Below, piece after piece: positions 48,717-58,123 of a stretch of DNA of 64,000 bases. The notes under the pieces are model-generated. The model made no database searches and was not told where the DNA came from. It worked only from the letters and a program-made list of their open reading frames with translations. The position numbers and the translations under genes were made by a program. Source of the stretch: Candidatus Omnitrophota bacterium. Its GTDB lineage: Bacteria > Omnitrophota > Gorgyraeia > JAFGGP01. Within the stretch, counting starts at the first letter, position 1; the number at the start of each line of letters is the position of its first letter. Location: the NCBI GenBank assembly GCA_016930485.1, contig JAFGGP010000041.1, positions 4,005 through 68,004 on the forward strand. The letters run 5' to 3'.

Positions 48717-49913
48717 TTAAAGTTGAATTGTATGCCCCAGTTTTTCTTTCTTTGTCTTTAAATACCGCTCGTTATGGGGCGTTACAAAACCCTGAATAGG
48801 TATCGTCGCAATAATGTCCAGTCCGTAGCCCTCAAGCCCGACAACCTTCTTCGGGTTGTTGGTCATCAGTTTAATCTGCTTGAGGCCGAGATCGACGAGT
48901 ATCTGAGCCCCTATGCCATAGTCACGTAAATCCGCCTTAAAACCGAGCAATTGATTGGCCTCAACGGTGTCGTGCCCCTCATCCTGCAACAAATAGGCCC
49001 TCAATTTATTTACCAGTCCTATCCCTCTGCCCTCCTGACGCATATACAGAATGACCCCCTTGCCCTCCCTGTTAATCGCTTCCATGGCCCGTTTTAATTG
49101 CCACCCGCAATCACACCGGTGAGACCCGAATACATCGCCGGTGAGGCACTCGGAATGGACACGCACCAACACGGCCTCATCAGGACCGACATTACCCTTT
49201 ACTAATGCCAGATGATGGGTTTTTTCTATTTTTGAGAGATATAGAATCAGGTTAAAATATCCATAATCTGTTGGAATTAAAGTTGTTACGTCTCTTTCGA
49301 TAAGGCGCTCTGACCTGAGCCGATATTCGATAAGATCCTTGATCGTCCCAATCTTGAGGCCGTGTTTTTTCGCAAACTGCACTAAATCAGGAACGCGCGC
49401 CATAGAGCCATCTTCATTCATAATCTCACAGATAACCCCGGCCGGATAGAGTCCTGCTAACCTTGCCAGATCCACCGAAGCCTCTGTATGGCCGGCGCGG
49501 ACCAAGACCCCGCCTTTTCGTGCGCGTAGAGGAAAAATATGCCCTGGCTTAACAAAATCATCAGGGGTGCTCTGGGCGTTGATTAAGGTCTTAATCGTGC
49601 AGGAGCGGTCATGGGCCGAGATGCCGGTCGTTATGCCCTCCTTTGCATCGACGGACATGCACCAGGCGGTCTTAAACCGGTCTTGGTGTACCTGACTCAT
49701 CGGATAGATATCCAGCTCGGCAAGGCGTTCCGATTCAAGAGGGGCACAAATAAGACCGCGGCCAAAGGTCGCCATGAAATTAATAGAAGCTGGGGTGGCG
49801 AATTCAGCGGCCTGAATTAAGTCGCCCTCATTTTCTCTGTCTTCATCATCGACAATAATGACTAGCCTGCCCCGCCTGATGTCTTCGATAATTTCTTCAA
49901 TACGGTTAAACAT
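48717..49913 (-). CDS. ribBA: bifunctional 3,4-dihydroxy-2-butanone-4-phosphate synthase / GTP cyclohydrolase II
   Basis: 398 aa with DDEDRENEGDL and the GCH-II HSECLTGD...CDCG motif. Confidence 0.9.
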   Translation of the reverse strand: MFNRIEEIIEDIRRGRLVIIVDDEDRENEGDLIQAAEFATPASINFMATFGRGLICAPLESERLAELDIYPMSQVHQDRFKTAWCMSVDAKEGITTGISAHDRSCTIKTLINAQSTPDDFVKPGHIFPLRARKGGVLVRAGHTEASVDLARLAGLYPAGVICEIMNEDGSMARVPDLVQFAKKHGLKIGTIKDLIEYRLRSERLIERDVTTLIPTDYGYFNLILYLSKIEKTHHLALVKGNVGPDEAVLVRVHSECLTGDVFGSHRCDCGWQLKRAMEAINREGKGVILYMRQEGRGIGLVNKLRAYLLQDEGHDTVEANQLLGFKADLRDYGIGAQILVDLGLKQIKLMTNNPKKVVGLEGYGLDIIATIPIQGFVTPHNERYLKTKKEKLGHTIQL

Positions 49914-49935
49914 TTTTATACCTCTTACTGAGCAG

Positions 49936-49973
49936 ATGAGCTATATCTGTTTAGCTAAACAGATATAGCTCAT
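49936..49973. repeat. 38-bp perfect palindrome (18-bp arms, 2-nt centre) in the ribBA leader
   Basis: ATGAGCTATATCTGTTTA-GC-TAAACAGATATAGCTCAT, ending 22 nt upstream of the ribBA ATG. Confidence 0.85.
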
Positions 49974-50150
49974 AGGACAGCCCGTCCGCGAATCGACCCC
50001 GCACCCAAAATGACGGGCTTTCCTTATCATTCATTGTGTCAATGCCCCCATACTCTTTTTCTTTTGGGTGTGGGGTTATACTCACACAGTAACTTACGAA
50101 TACTCTGCCTGTCTGTCGAGAGGCAGATTTCGCAAGTCACGTGTTTATAT

Positions 50151-50180
50151 AAAAAAACTCCCGAAGAAATCTCCGGGAGT
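50151..50180 (-). terminator. FMN riboswitch expression-platform terminator
   Basis: Minus strand ACTCCCG-GAGATTTCTT-CGGGAGT followed by TTTTTT. Its 3' half, CUUCGGGAG, is identical to the 5' strand of aptamer P1, the classic terminator/antiterminator logic. Confidence 0.7.
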
Positions 50181-50213
50181 CATGTATATCTTTACACTAC
50201 CGCTGTCAGATTA

Positions 50214-50337
50214 ATCTTCTCCCCTCTAGACTATAACTATCGGCATCAGAATTCCACTGATTCGGTCCTCCTTGTAACCTCAAGGAAGATTCACGGGCTG
50301 TGACCGCCGGTCGGGACTTTCACCCTCTCCCGAAGAT
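50214..50337 (-). promoter_or_regulatory. FMN riboswitch (RFN element) aptamer
   Basis: Minus strand: AUCUUCGGGAGAGGGUGAAAGUCCCGACCGGCGGU...AGCCCGUGA...GGACCGAAUCAGUGGAAUUCUGAUGCCGAUAGUUAUAGUCUAGAGGGGAGAAGAU. This matches the conserved RFN core, and P1 closes (AUCUUC/GAAGAU). Confidence 0.85.
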
Positions 50338-50346
50338 TAGGGTTTT

Positions 50347-50375
50347 ATTATAGTGGCATAACCGCATGATGTCAA
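50347..50375 (-). promoter_or_regulatory. rib operon promoter, perfect consensus TTGACA-17-TATAAT
   Basis: Minus strand: -35 at 50370-50375, -10 at 50347-50352, 17-nt spacer, ~10 nt upstream of riboswitch P1. Confidence 0.6.
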
Positions 50376-50416
50376 CCCCCTTTGTTGCTAGGGAACGGCG
50401 GGGCCTTTTAAGGTAT

Positions 50417-50445
50417 TTGACAGCCAAAAGCCTTCCTTTTATAAT
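50417..50445 (+). promoter_or_regulatory. promoter of GGDEF gene, perfect consensus TTGACA-17-TATAAT
   Basis: -35 at 50417-50422 and -10 at 50440-50445. Only 9 nt separate the -10 from the ATG at 50455. Confidence 0.6.
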
Positions 50446-50454
50446 AGACACCCT

Positions 50455-51633
50455 ATGGAACATCAACAGGAAAGCTTACGTCTTAAATCGCAACTGGAAA
50501 AAGCCAAGTCTGAGCTGACGATGTTCGCTGAAATTACCAACGCCATGCGAACAACGTTAAAACTCGACCAGGTTCTTTTTATTATCTTAACCGCGGTCAC
50601 TGCCCACGAAGGCCTCGGCTTTAACCGTGCCATGCTCTTTTTCGTCAAGGAATCAGAAAAAGTGCTCGAAGGTGTTATGGGCATCGGTCCCCGCACAGGC
50701 GAAGAGGCAAATATGATCTGGGGGGAAATAGAGGCAAAACGAATGACCCTGGAGGATCTTATTAATGCCTACAGCGCAAGCAAGAAAAGTAACCTTACCC
50801 CCTTTGATCAGATGGTCAAAACACTCAAGGTGCCCCTGAGCGAAGAAGGGGGCATTATCGCCCTAACCGCCCTTGAGGCGATTCCCTTTGAAATTACCAG
50901 TCACGAAACCCGTGACAGAGTATCAGACCCGATCCTTAATCAGCTCAATATCGACCACTTTGTCAGCGTCCCCTTAAAAGCGCGGGACAGGGTGGTTGGG
51001 GTTCTGGTCGCCGATAACGTCATCACCAAAAAACCCATCACCAAGGATGATCTGCGCATCCTGTACATGTTTGCCAACCAGGCGGGCCTTGCCATAGAAA
51101 ACTCCCGGTTGTATGAAAGAAGCCTTGAGATGGCAAAGCAGGACTCCCTTACCGGCCTGTGGAATCACGGGCATTTCCAGCAGTTCTTCGGAAACGCCCT
51201 CGAACACGCAAGGCACAGAGAAGGTAATCTTTCGTTGATACTTCTCGACATAGACGACTTTAAAAAATTTAATGATGCCCACGGACATCCCGTAGGAGAC
51301 TATATACTTAAAGAAACCGCCAGACTCCTATTAGAGAGTGCCCGAAAGACAGATTTTGTCGCCCGGTACGGAGGCGAAGAGTTTGCTATAGTCCTGCCGG
51401 GGGTCAAAAAAGATGATGCCTGGGAATTTGCCAAACGCCTGCAGGAAAAAATCAAAAATCACCCTTTTTCTGTAAATGGGAGCGGAGGACCTGTTTCCAT
51501 AGCGGTAAGCGGGGGCGTTTCATCGTACCCTTTCGACGGCAATACAAAAGATCGCCTGATCGAGAGCGCCGACAAGGCCCTCTACAAGGCAAAACATTCG
51601 GGAAAAAATCTTATTATTATGGCGAACAGTTAA
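50455..51633 (+). CDS. GAF-domain diguanylate cyclase (GGDEF)
   Basis: 392 aa: N-terminal GAF-like domain, active site RYGGEEF, and an I-site RKTD five residues upstream. Confidence 0.9.
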   Translation: MEHQQESLRLKSQLEKAKSELTMFAEITNAMRTTLKLDQVLFIILTAVTAHEGLGFNRAMLFFVKESEKVLEGVMGIGPRTGEEANMIWGEIEAKRMTLEDLINAYSASKKSNLTPFDQMVKTLKVPLSEEGGIIALTALEAIPFEITSHETRDRVSDPILNQLNIDHFVSVPLKARDRVVGVLVADNVITKKPITKDDLRILYMFANQAGLAIENSRLYERSLEMAKQDSLTGLWNHGHFQQFFGNALEHARHREGNLSLILLDIDDFKKFNDAHGHPVGDYILKETARLLLESARKTDFVARYGGEEFAIVLPGVKKDDAWEFAKRLQEKIKNHPFSVNGSGGPVSIAVSGGVSSYPFDGNTKDRLIESADKALYKAKHSGKNLIIMANS

Positions 51634-54600
51634 CCCTGTGCAGTGGCCGGGTAATCGGCCGGCGAGCTCACCGTTACCGCATCCGTCTTTGTCCCTCTCT
51701 TGGCAAACTTCACCGATACTATCTTTGAAAGCCCCGAACGCTCCATCGTAATACCATACATAACATCGGCAACGGTGATGGTCTTTTTATTGTGGGTAAT
51801 AATAATAAACTGGGAGGTTTCAAGAAACTCCTTCAAGAGCAATAGGAACCTATCAACATTTGCTTCATCAAGAGGTGCGTCAATTTCGTCTAAAATACAA
51901 AAAGGGCTCGGCTTTATTTTGAAAATCGCGAACAATAAGGCCACCGCTGACAGTGCCTTTTCGCCCCCGGAAAGCAGGTTGACACTCTGAAGCGTCTTGC
52001 CCGGGGGACGCGCCTCAATCTCAATACCCGCTTCCAGCACATCAGCGTTATCGGTCAGAACAAGTCTGGCCGATCCGCCGTTAAAAAGCAGCTTGAAGTA
52101 CTTTGCGAATTCGGCCTCAATCTTATCAAACGTCTCGAGAAACAGCTTCTTTGTTGTCTTGTTAATCTGATCGATCGCCTTCATCAAATCATCCTTTGCG
52201 CGCTGCAGATCGTCTTTCTGAGTCGTCAAAAACTGAAATCGCTCTTCAAGTTCTTTATGTTCCTCTATAGCCACCAGGTTAACCGCCCCTAATTTGTCAA
52301 CCTTGCTTCGCAATATCTCTATATCGTTGCATGCCGCACCGACATCCATCCCTTCGATATTACGTCTCATCTGATCGATCTGAACCTGATATAGCTGTGC
52401 TACCCTGTCGACTATCGATCTTCTTTCAAAACCCAACTCGGTCAGCTTCACCTGTAAGGTATTGAAAGATGCGGCCACCGTCTCTGCCTGTCCTTTTAAC
52501 ACGACCAACCCGCCTTCGATGTCATTGATCTGGGTGAGAGAGCGGTCTTTTGTGGCAGTCAGTTCATCAAGACGTGTCACTGTCTCTGTTTTCTGGTGTT
52601 CGAGGACCCGCACCTTCTCGGCAAGCGCCTCCTCCTCCCCTGACAGCTCCTGTGTTTTCTGTGTTATATACACCCGTTCGTTCGTGTTTTCATCGTGTCG
52701 GGTGCGTTCATCACAGAGCTCCTGCTTAAACCGGGCACATTCTTTATTTCTTACCTCGCATCTCTCCCTCAGTGTGTTCGCCTCCCCCCGCACCTGCTCA
52801 ATTTCGATCAGGAGGTTCTCCTTTTCCTGCGTCTTTTCCTTAATAAGAAGCTCGTGTTCATTGATCCGTTGAGTCAATTCCTGATACTGCGACTCCATGA
52901 CTTCGACCTGAGAGCGATACTGCGACTCTCGCTGCCTCAAAGACTCCAGCTCCTCGGTAACATCGGCTAATTCTAATTCGATCACGGAAAGTTCTTCCCG
53001 AATCTTGACATATTCATTATTGATGCTATCGAATTCCGACTGCCGCTGCGCCACCTGTATCTCAGCCTGCTTCAACTGTGCCTCGAGGCCTTCCAATTCC
53101 ATAGAGAGAGACCGGATTCTGTCCTTGCTCTCTGCCAGTTCCTTTTCTATCCGATCACGCTCCTGTATAGCCGCGGAAATTTCCTGTTGCATATGCTCTA
53201 TTTTTTGCTGCCGCCCGATAAGACCAGTCACCTCGCTTAACTCCGTAGCACCTCCCTCGATAATCTTCTCTCTGACAACAACCCCCCTGTCGGTCGCGAT
53301 TACCACATCATCGGGTATCTCGCAGTCCCGTGCTGCATCCCGCACATAAAGAAACCTCTGAAACAGCGGATTAAAAACAGGGGCAAACCGGTTGTCGTAT
53401 CGTACAAACTCGGAAAACCGGCCAATGATATATTCCTGCAGAGACTGAGGTACCTCAGGTGCAGTAAATGACCGGTCCATGGAGATAAAGTGTGCTCTTC
53501 CTAGATCGCGTTCTTTCAGATATGCCAAGAGGCGCTCTACCGTATCTCTGTCCTCCACAACAATTGCCTGGGCAACATCGGCTAACGCCGTCTCTACCAC
53601 CACCTCACGTCCGCCTTGAACCTCTATCAGATGAGAAACAGGCCCGTAGATCTTTTCGGGATGTACCTCTGGATAGGATACCCCTTCTTCAGGAGAGATA
53701 AGGCCACTCAGCGCATCCTTCATCTGTAAAATAGCCTTTGGGCCGCGGGAAAATCCTTCATGGCTCCTCTGGGCCTCCACTAAAACAGCCAATCGTGACT
53801 CAAGCACAGAAACCCGCGTTTTATGCCCTTCGCACTCCTGCGTCAACGTCTCGATGTGTTGGTTGAGTGTTGCGATGCTGCTTTTTGTGGAGTCACGCGA
53901 CGAAATCCCTTCCTCCACCAGCACCTTTTGACGGGCAAGATCCTGTTGGGCCTTCTTAAGATTGCCCTCTATGGAACTCATCATCTCCTGAGTCTTTTCT
54001 TTCTCTATGGTCAGGCGCCGGGCCCGCGTAGAACCGCTGTGGAGATCGGCCGTTATCTTCATAAGGGCATTTTTGGCCTGGGCCTCTTGAGCAGAAATAT
54101 CCAATAGTGCTGCTTTGGAACTATCAATGCAGTGGGTGCTCTCCCGTATAGAGCTTGCAACCCCCTTAAGCGTCTCCTCCCGCTCCAAAAGCACCTTTTC
54201 TTGCTGGGATAACTCTGCGGTCAGGGCATTACAGGAGTCCTGAAGAGAGATAATACCGGTTTCGAGCTCCTCTATTTTTTTTACACTCTGTTCGGTCTGC
54301 CTGCTCAATACCTCCTGACGCGCCTTGAGTTCGATAACCCTTTCCCGATTCAAGGCAATCTTATTGTAAGAAGTAGTGGCCTCCATATCAATTGCGCTGA
54401 TCTGTGCATTCACCTGGGTGATCTGGGTCTCCAGGGCCGAGCAGGTATGACGCAATTGCTTCAGCTGTGATTCAATCTGCACTATTTCGCCGGCTATTGT
54501 CTGCTGTTTTGCCTTTTCCTGTTCTGCCTTGCTGGCGACATCGGATTTCTGCGCATCCAGGGCACAGATATTATGCTGTGCCACATCCAGTTCAAGATTT

Positions 54601-55268
54601 TTCAGCTGATCAAAATACTCCTGATAGACCATCGCCTTTTTTGCCTGGCGTTCAACCGAACGGATTTGCCGGCTCACCTCGGAGATAATATCGGCGATCC
54701 TGTTCAGATTCTGTTCCGTCTGCTCAAGCTTTCTCAGGGCCTCCTTTTTTTTGGATTTGTACTTGGTGATCCCGCTTGCCTCCTCAAAAAGAAAACGCCT
54801 TTCTTCCGGTTTCGAACTCAAGAGACTGTCGATCTTGCCCTGTGCAATAAAGGAGTAGGATTCGGCCCCGAGGCCTGTCCCGCTAATCAGTTCCTGAATC
54901 TCCTTAAGGCGCACCTCTGTCTTGTTAATAGAATAGGAACTTTCGCCTGAGCGGAAGAGTTTACGGCTGATGGTGACTTCGTCAAAATCGATCGGCAGGA
55001 ATCGTTCGGAGTTATCGAGGGTAAAGGAAACCTCGCACATATTAAGAGGTTCTTTTTCTTCGGTCCCGCTAAATATCAGGTCTTCCATTCTGGCGCCACG
55101 CAGCGTCTTGGCGCTCTGTTCGCCAAGCACCCATCGAATGGCATCGGCGATATTGCTCTTTCCACATCCGTTGGGACCGACGATGGCCGTTACGCCCGGC
55201 TCGAATACCAGCTTGGCCTTTTCCGCAAACGACTTAAAACCGTATAGTTCGAGAGACTTAAAATACAT
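51630..55268 (-). CDS. smc: chromosome segregation protein SMC
   Basis: 1212 aa with Walker A GPNGCGKSN, long coiled coils, a hinge, the signature LSGGEK and Walker B ILDEIDAPLD. Confidence 0.95.
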   Translation of the reverse strand: MYFKSLELYGFKSFAEKAKLVFEPGVTAIVGPNGCGKSNIADAIRWVLGEQSAKTLRGARMEDLIFSGTEEKEPLNMCEVSFTLDNSERFLPIDFDEVTISRKLFRSGESSYSINKTEVRLKEIQELISGTGLGAESYSFIAQGKIDSLLSSKPEERRFLFEEASGITKYKSKKKEALRKLEQTEQNLNRIADIISEVSRQIRSVERQAKKAMVYQEYFDQLKNLELDVAQHNICALDAQKSDVASKAEQEKAKQQTIAGEIVQIESQLKQLRHTCSALETQITQVNAQISAIDMEATTSYNKIALNRERVIELKARQEVLSRQTEQSVKKIEELETGIISLQDSCNALTAELSQQEKVLLEREETLKGVASSIRESTHCIDSSKAALLDISAQEAQAKNALMKITADLHSGSTRARRLTIEKEKTQEMMSSIEGNLKKAQQDLARQKVLVEEGISSRDSTKSSIATLNQHIETLTQECEGHKTRVSVLESRLAVLVEAQRSHEGFSRGPKAILQMKDALSGLISPEEGVSYPEVHPEKIYGPVSHLIEVQGGREVVVETALADVAQAIVVEDRDTVERLLAYLKERDLGRAHFISMDRSFTAPEVPQSLQEYIIGRFSEFVRYDNRFAPVFNPLFQRFLYVRDAARDCEIPDDVVIATDRGVVVREKIIEGGATELSEVTGLIGRQQKIEHMQQEISAAIQERDRIEKELAESKDRIRSLSMELEGLEAQLKQAEIQVAQRQSEFDSINNEYVKIREELSVIELELADVTEELESLRQRESQYRSQVEVMESQYQELTQRINEHELLIKEKTQEKENLLIEIEQVRGEANTLRERCEVRNKECARFKQELCDERTRHDENTNERVYITQKTQELSGEEEALAEKVRVLEHQKTETVTRLDELTATKDRSLTQINDIEGGLVVLKGQAETVAASFNTLQVKLTELGFERRSIVDRVAQLYQVQIDQMRRNIEGMDVGAACNDIEILRSKVDKLGAVNLVAIEEHKELEERFQFLTTQKDDLQRAKDDLMKAIDQINKTTKKLFLETFDKIEAEFAKYFKLLFNGGSARLVLTDNADVLEAGIEIEARPPGKTLQSVNLLSGGEKALSAVALLFAIFKIKPSPFCILDEIDAPLDEANVDRFLLLLKEFLETSQFIIITHNKKTITVADVMYGITMERSGLSKIVSVKFAKRGTKTDAVTVSSPADYPATAQG

Positions 55269-55269
55269 A

Positions 55270-56430
55270 TTATATGGACTGCTTTACGAGATCCTTGATG
55301 AGCTGCAGCGCGATAACGCCCCGCTGTATCTGATTGGTACCCTCGTATATTTGAGTAATTTTTGCATCACGCATATATTTTTCAATAGGATAATCCCGCA
55401 TATATCCGTATCCGCCGAAAATCTGTACTGCATCAACGGTAACCTTCATGGCGATATCCGAGGCGAATAACTTGGCCATGGCGGATTCTTTTGCTATCTG
55501 TTTTTCACCGGCATCGATCGCCCGTGCAACCGAATAAATAAGTGCCCTGGCCGCTTCAATCTCGGTAGCCATGTCGGCCATCATAAACTGTATCCCCTGA
55601 AAAGACGAAATGGGTTTGCCGAATTGATGGCGCTCATGCGCATAGGCAACCGCCAATTCCAAGGCACCCTGTGCAATGCCGAGGGCCTGCGCAGCGACGC
55701 CCGGCCGGGACTGGTCAAATGTTTTCATGGCAACAATAAATCCCATTCCCTCCCTGCCGAGTAGATTTCCTTTCGGGATCTTGCAGTCCTCGAATATCAG
55801 CTCACGGGTCGCAGAGGCACGGATGCCCAGCTTATCCTCCTTTTTGCCAAACGCAAACCCCTTCATGCCTTTTTCAACGATAAAGGCGCTGGCCCCCCGC
55901 GCCCCTTTCATTTTATCGGTCATCGCAAGCACTGTATATGTCTCGGCCTCCCCGCCGTTGGTAATCCACTGTTTTGTTCCGTTTAAAACATAGCAATCGC
56001 CTTCTTTTTTCGCCGTCGTCTTGATGGCGCCCGCGTCACTACCTGCCTCGGGCTCGGTTAAACCAAACGCAGCAAGTTTCTTACCGGCTGCGATATCCGT
56101 AAGATATCTCTTCTTTTGCTCCTCGGTACCAAAAAGCACAATCGGGTACGCCCCGAGCGCGTTAGCGGCATAGCAAACTGCGATACCGCCGCACGCCCGT
56201 GCCAGCTCCTCCGTGATAAGGCACAGCTCCATGACGCCGCCGCCGGTGCCTCCGTACTTTTCCTCGATATAGACCCCAAAAAGTCCCGTATCCGCCAAAA
56301 CATTCATGACCTCCCAGGGGAACTCGCCAGTCTCGTCGTACTTCGCCGCAACGGGCCTTATTTTTTCTTCCGCAATTTTATGTGCCAGTTCCTTGACGAA
56401 CCGCTGGTCCTCGGTCAACAAATAGTTCAT
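55270..56430 (-). CDS. acyl-CoA dehydrogenase (short-chain/butyryl-CoA type)
   Basis: 386 aa with ACAD motifs (GLTEPEAGSD, QIFGGYGY..DYPIEKYMRDAKI.QIYEGTNQIQR). Confidence 0.85.
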   Translation of the reverse strand: MNYLLTEDQRFVKELAHKIAEEKIRPVAAKYDETGEFPWEVMNVLADTGLFGVYIEEKYGGTGGGVMELCLITEELARACGGIAVCYAANALGAYPIVLFGTEEQKKRYLTDIAAGKKLAAFGLTEPEAGSDAGAIKTTAKKEGDCYVLNGTKQWITNGGEAETYTVLAMTDKMKGARGASAFIVEKGMKGFAFGKKEDKLGIRASATRELIFEDCKIPKGNLLGREGMGFIVAMKTFDQSRPGVAAQALGIAQGALELAVAYAHERHQFGKPISSFQGIQFMMADMATEIEAARALIYSVARAIDAGEKQIAKESAMAKLFASDIAMKVTVDAVQIFGGYGYMRDYPIEKYMRDAKITQIYEGTNQIQRGVIALQLIKDLVKQSI

Positions 56431-56479
56431 GCGTCGCTCCTTGTTAATAATGTCAGTAGGGTTTGCAGTAATAAAAAGA

Positions 56480-57724
56480 CTACGCCTCGAAGGCTTTTAC
56501 GACCAGAGCGGCATTATGACCACCGAACCCCAGCGCGTTGCTGAGCGCCACTCGTATCGTCCCTTCCTGCGGCTCATTCGGCACATAATCCAAGTCGCAC
56601 TCCGGATCTGGATATTCATAGTTTATGGTGGGGGGGTAAACACCTTGTGTGATGGCAAGCGCACTAATAACAAATTCGATCCCGCCGGCAGCACCTAACA
56701 GATGGCCGGTCATTGATTTTGTTGAACTTACTTTCAGTCTCCGCACATGATCTTTAAAAACCGTCTTGATTGCCAATGTCTCTATTTTGTCATTGAGTTG
56801 TGTAGAAGTGCCATGGGCATTAATATAGTCCACATCCTCAGGGTTAAGCCGGCCATCTTGTAAGGCAAACTTCATCGCACAGGCGGCCCCTTCCCCGGTA
56901 GGAGCAGGGGCTGTCATATGATACGCATCGCCGGTAAGGCCAAATCCGACGATCTCCCCGTAGATATGTGCCCGGCGTCTGCGCGCGTGTTCCAGCTCTT
57001 CTAGAATAACGATCCCGGATCCCTCACTCATAACAAATCCATCCCGTTCCCTGTCAAACGGACGGGATGCCTTCTGAGGCTCTGCGTTACGGGTAGAGAG
57101 AGCCTTCATGGCACAGAATCCACCTATGCCTAATTCAGTAATGCAGCTTTCGGTCCCGCCGGCAACCATAACATCGGCCATGCCGTTACGGATAAATAAC
57201 AACGCGTCGCCAATCGCATGATTTCCGGTAGCACAGGCGGTAGCGGCACATGAATTGGGCCCCTTGATACCAAGGCGGATCGACACCTGCCCTGGGGCCA
57301 TATTAACAATAAGCATGGGAATAAGAAAAGGGCTCAATCGCGAAGGGCCCTTTGCCCGCAGGACATCATGCTGTGCCTCGATAATGCCGAGGCTGCCGAT
57401 ACCGGAGCCGATCACCGTCCCGACCCGATAAGGGTCCTCCTCGTCTATATGCAACCCGCTGTCCCTCCAGGCCTCCTCCGCCGCACAGACGGCAAACTGC
57501 ACAAAACGCTCCATCCGTTTTATGTCTTTCTTCTCAAGAAAAGGCGAAGGGTCAAAATTGCTTACCTCGCCGGCAATCTTCGCATCAAAAGCAGAGCAAT
57601 CAAAATGGGTAATGGGTCCTATCCCGCTGCGGCCGTGGGTAATCCCTTCCCAAAAGCTTTTTACATCGGCCCCTATAGGAGTGATTGCCCCTAATCCGGT
57701 AATAACAACCCGTTTCCTCTCCAT
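56480..57724 (-). CDS. fabF: 3-oxoacyl-ACP synthase II
   Basis: 414 aa with the active-site ACATG, HGTST and the C-terminal GFGGHNA. Confidence 0.9.
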   Translation of the reverse strand: MERKRVVITGLGAITPIGADVKSFWEGITHGRSGIGPITHFDCSAFDAKIAGEVSNFDPSPFLEKKDIKRMERFVQFAVCAAEEAWRDSGLHIDEEDPYRVGTVIGSGIGSLGIIEAQHDVLRAKGPSRLSPFLIPMLIVNMAPGQVSIRLGIKGPNSCAATACATGNHAIGDALLFIRNGMADVMVAGGTESCITELGIGGFCAMKALSTRNAEPQKASRPFDRERDGFVMSEGSGIVILEELEHARRRRAHIYGEIVGFGLTGDAYHMTAPAPTGEGAACAMKFALQDGRLNPEDVDYINAHGTSTQLNDKIETLAIKTVFKDHVRRLKVSSTKSMTGHLLGAAGGIEFVISALAITQGVYPPTINYEYPDPECDLDYVPNEPQEGTIRVALSNALGFGGHNAALVVKAFEA

Positions 57725-57760
57725 GCCGCTTTCCCTTTCTCCTCTTCTCTATTCTATCCT

Positions 57761-57795
57761 GAAAAATAATTACCCCGACGAACGGTCGGGGTAAT
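57761..57795 (-). terminator. hairpin plus U-rich tract between acpP and fabF (probable partial terminator)
   Basis: Minus strand: ATTACCCCGAC-CGTTC-GTCGGGGTAAT followed by TATTTTTC. Confidence 0.6.
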
Positions 57796-57845
57796 GTTAT
57801 GATAAATAAAAATGGTGCATATGCATGCTAAACTGATATCACTAT

Positions 57846-58085
57846 CTACTCTTTTGAGGTTTTTTCTTCGATATATTTAACAACATCGCCGACAGTCGTC
57901 ATTTTTTCCGCGTCTTCATCGGGTATCTCAAGGCCAAATTCCTCTTCAAGGGCCATGACCAGCTCAACGGTATCCAAACTGTCAGCTCCTAAATCATCGA
58001 TGAAGGAAGCTGACTCGGTCACCTCTTCTTCCTTGACGCCCAGTTGCTCTGCAATGATCTTCTTAATCCTGTCTACTGTCGCCAT
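57846..58085 (-). CDS. acpP: acyl carrier protein
   Basis: 79 aa with the phosphopantetheine site [19 protein letters not shown]. Confidence 0.95.
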   Translation of the reverse strand: MATVDRIKKIIAEQLGVKEEEVTESASFIDDLGADSLDTVELVMALEEEFGLEIPDEDAEKMTTVGDVVKYIEEKTSKE

Positions 58086-58123
58086 CCCTCTAACCTCCTT
58101 TATTTAAAGACTGTTATGAAAAA

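Noticed and set aside
50010-50303. 97-aa plus-strand ORF in the rib leader.
   Set aside because: It lies antisense to the FMN riboswitch aptamer, its terminator and the structured leader. No SD or promoter supports it.
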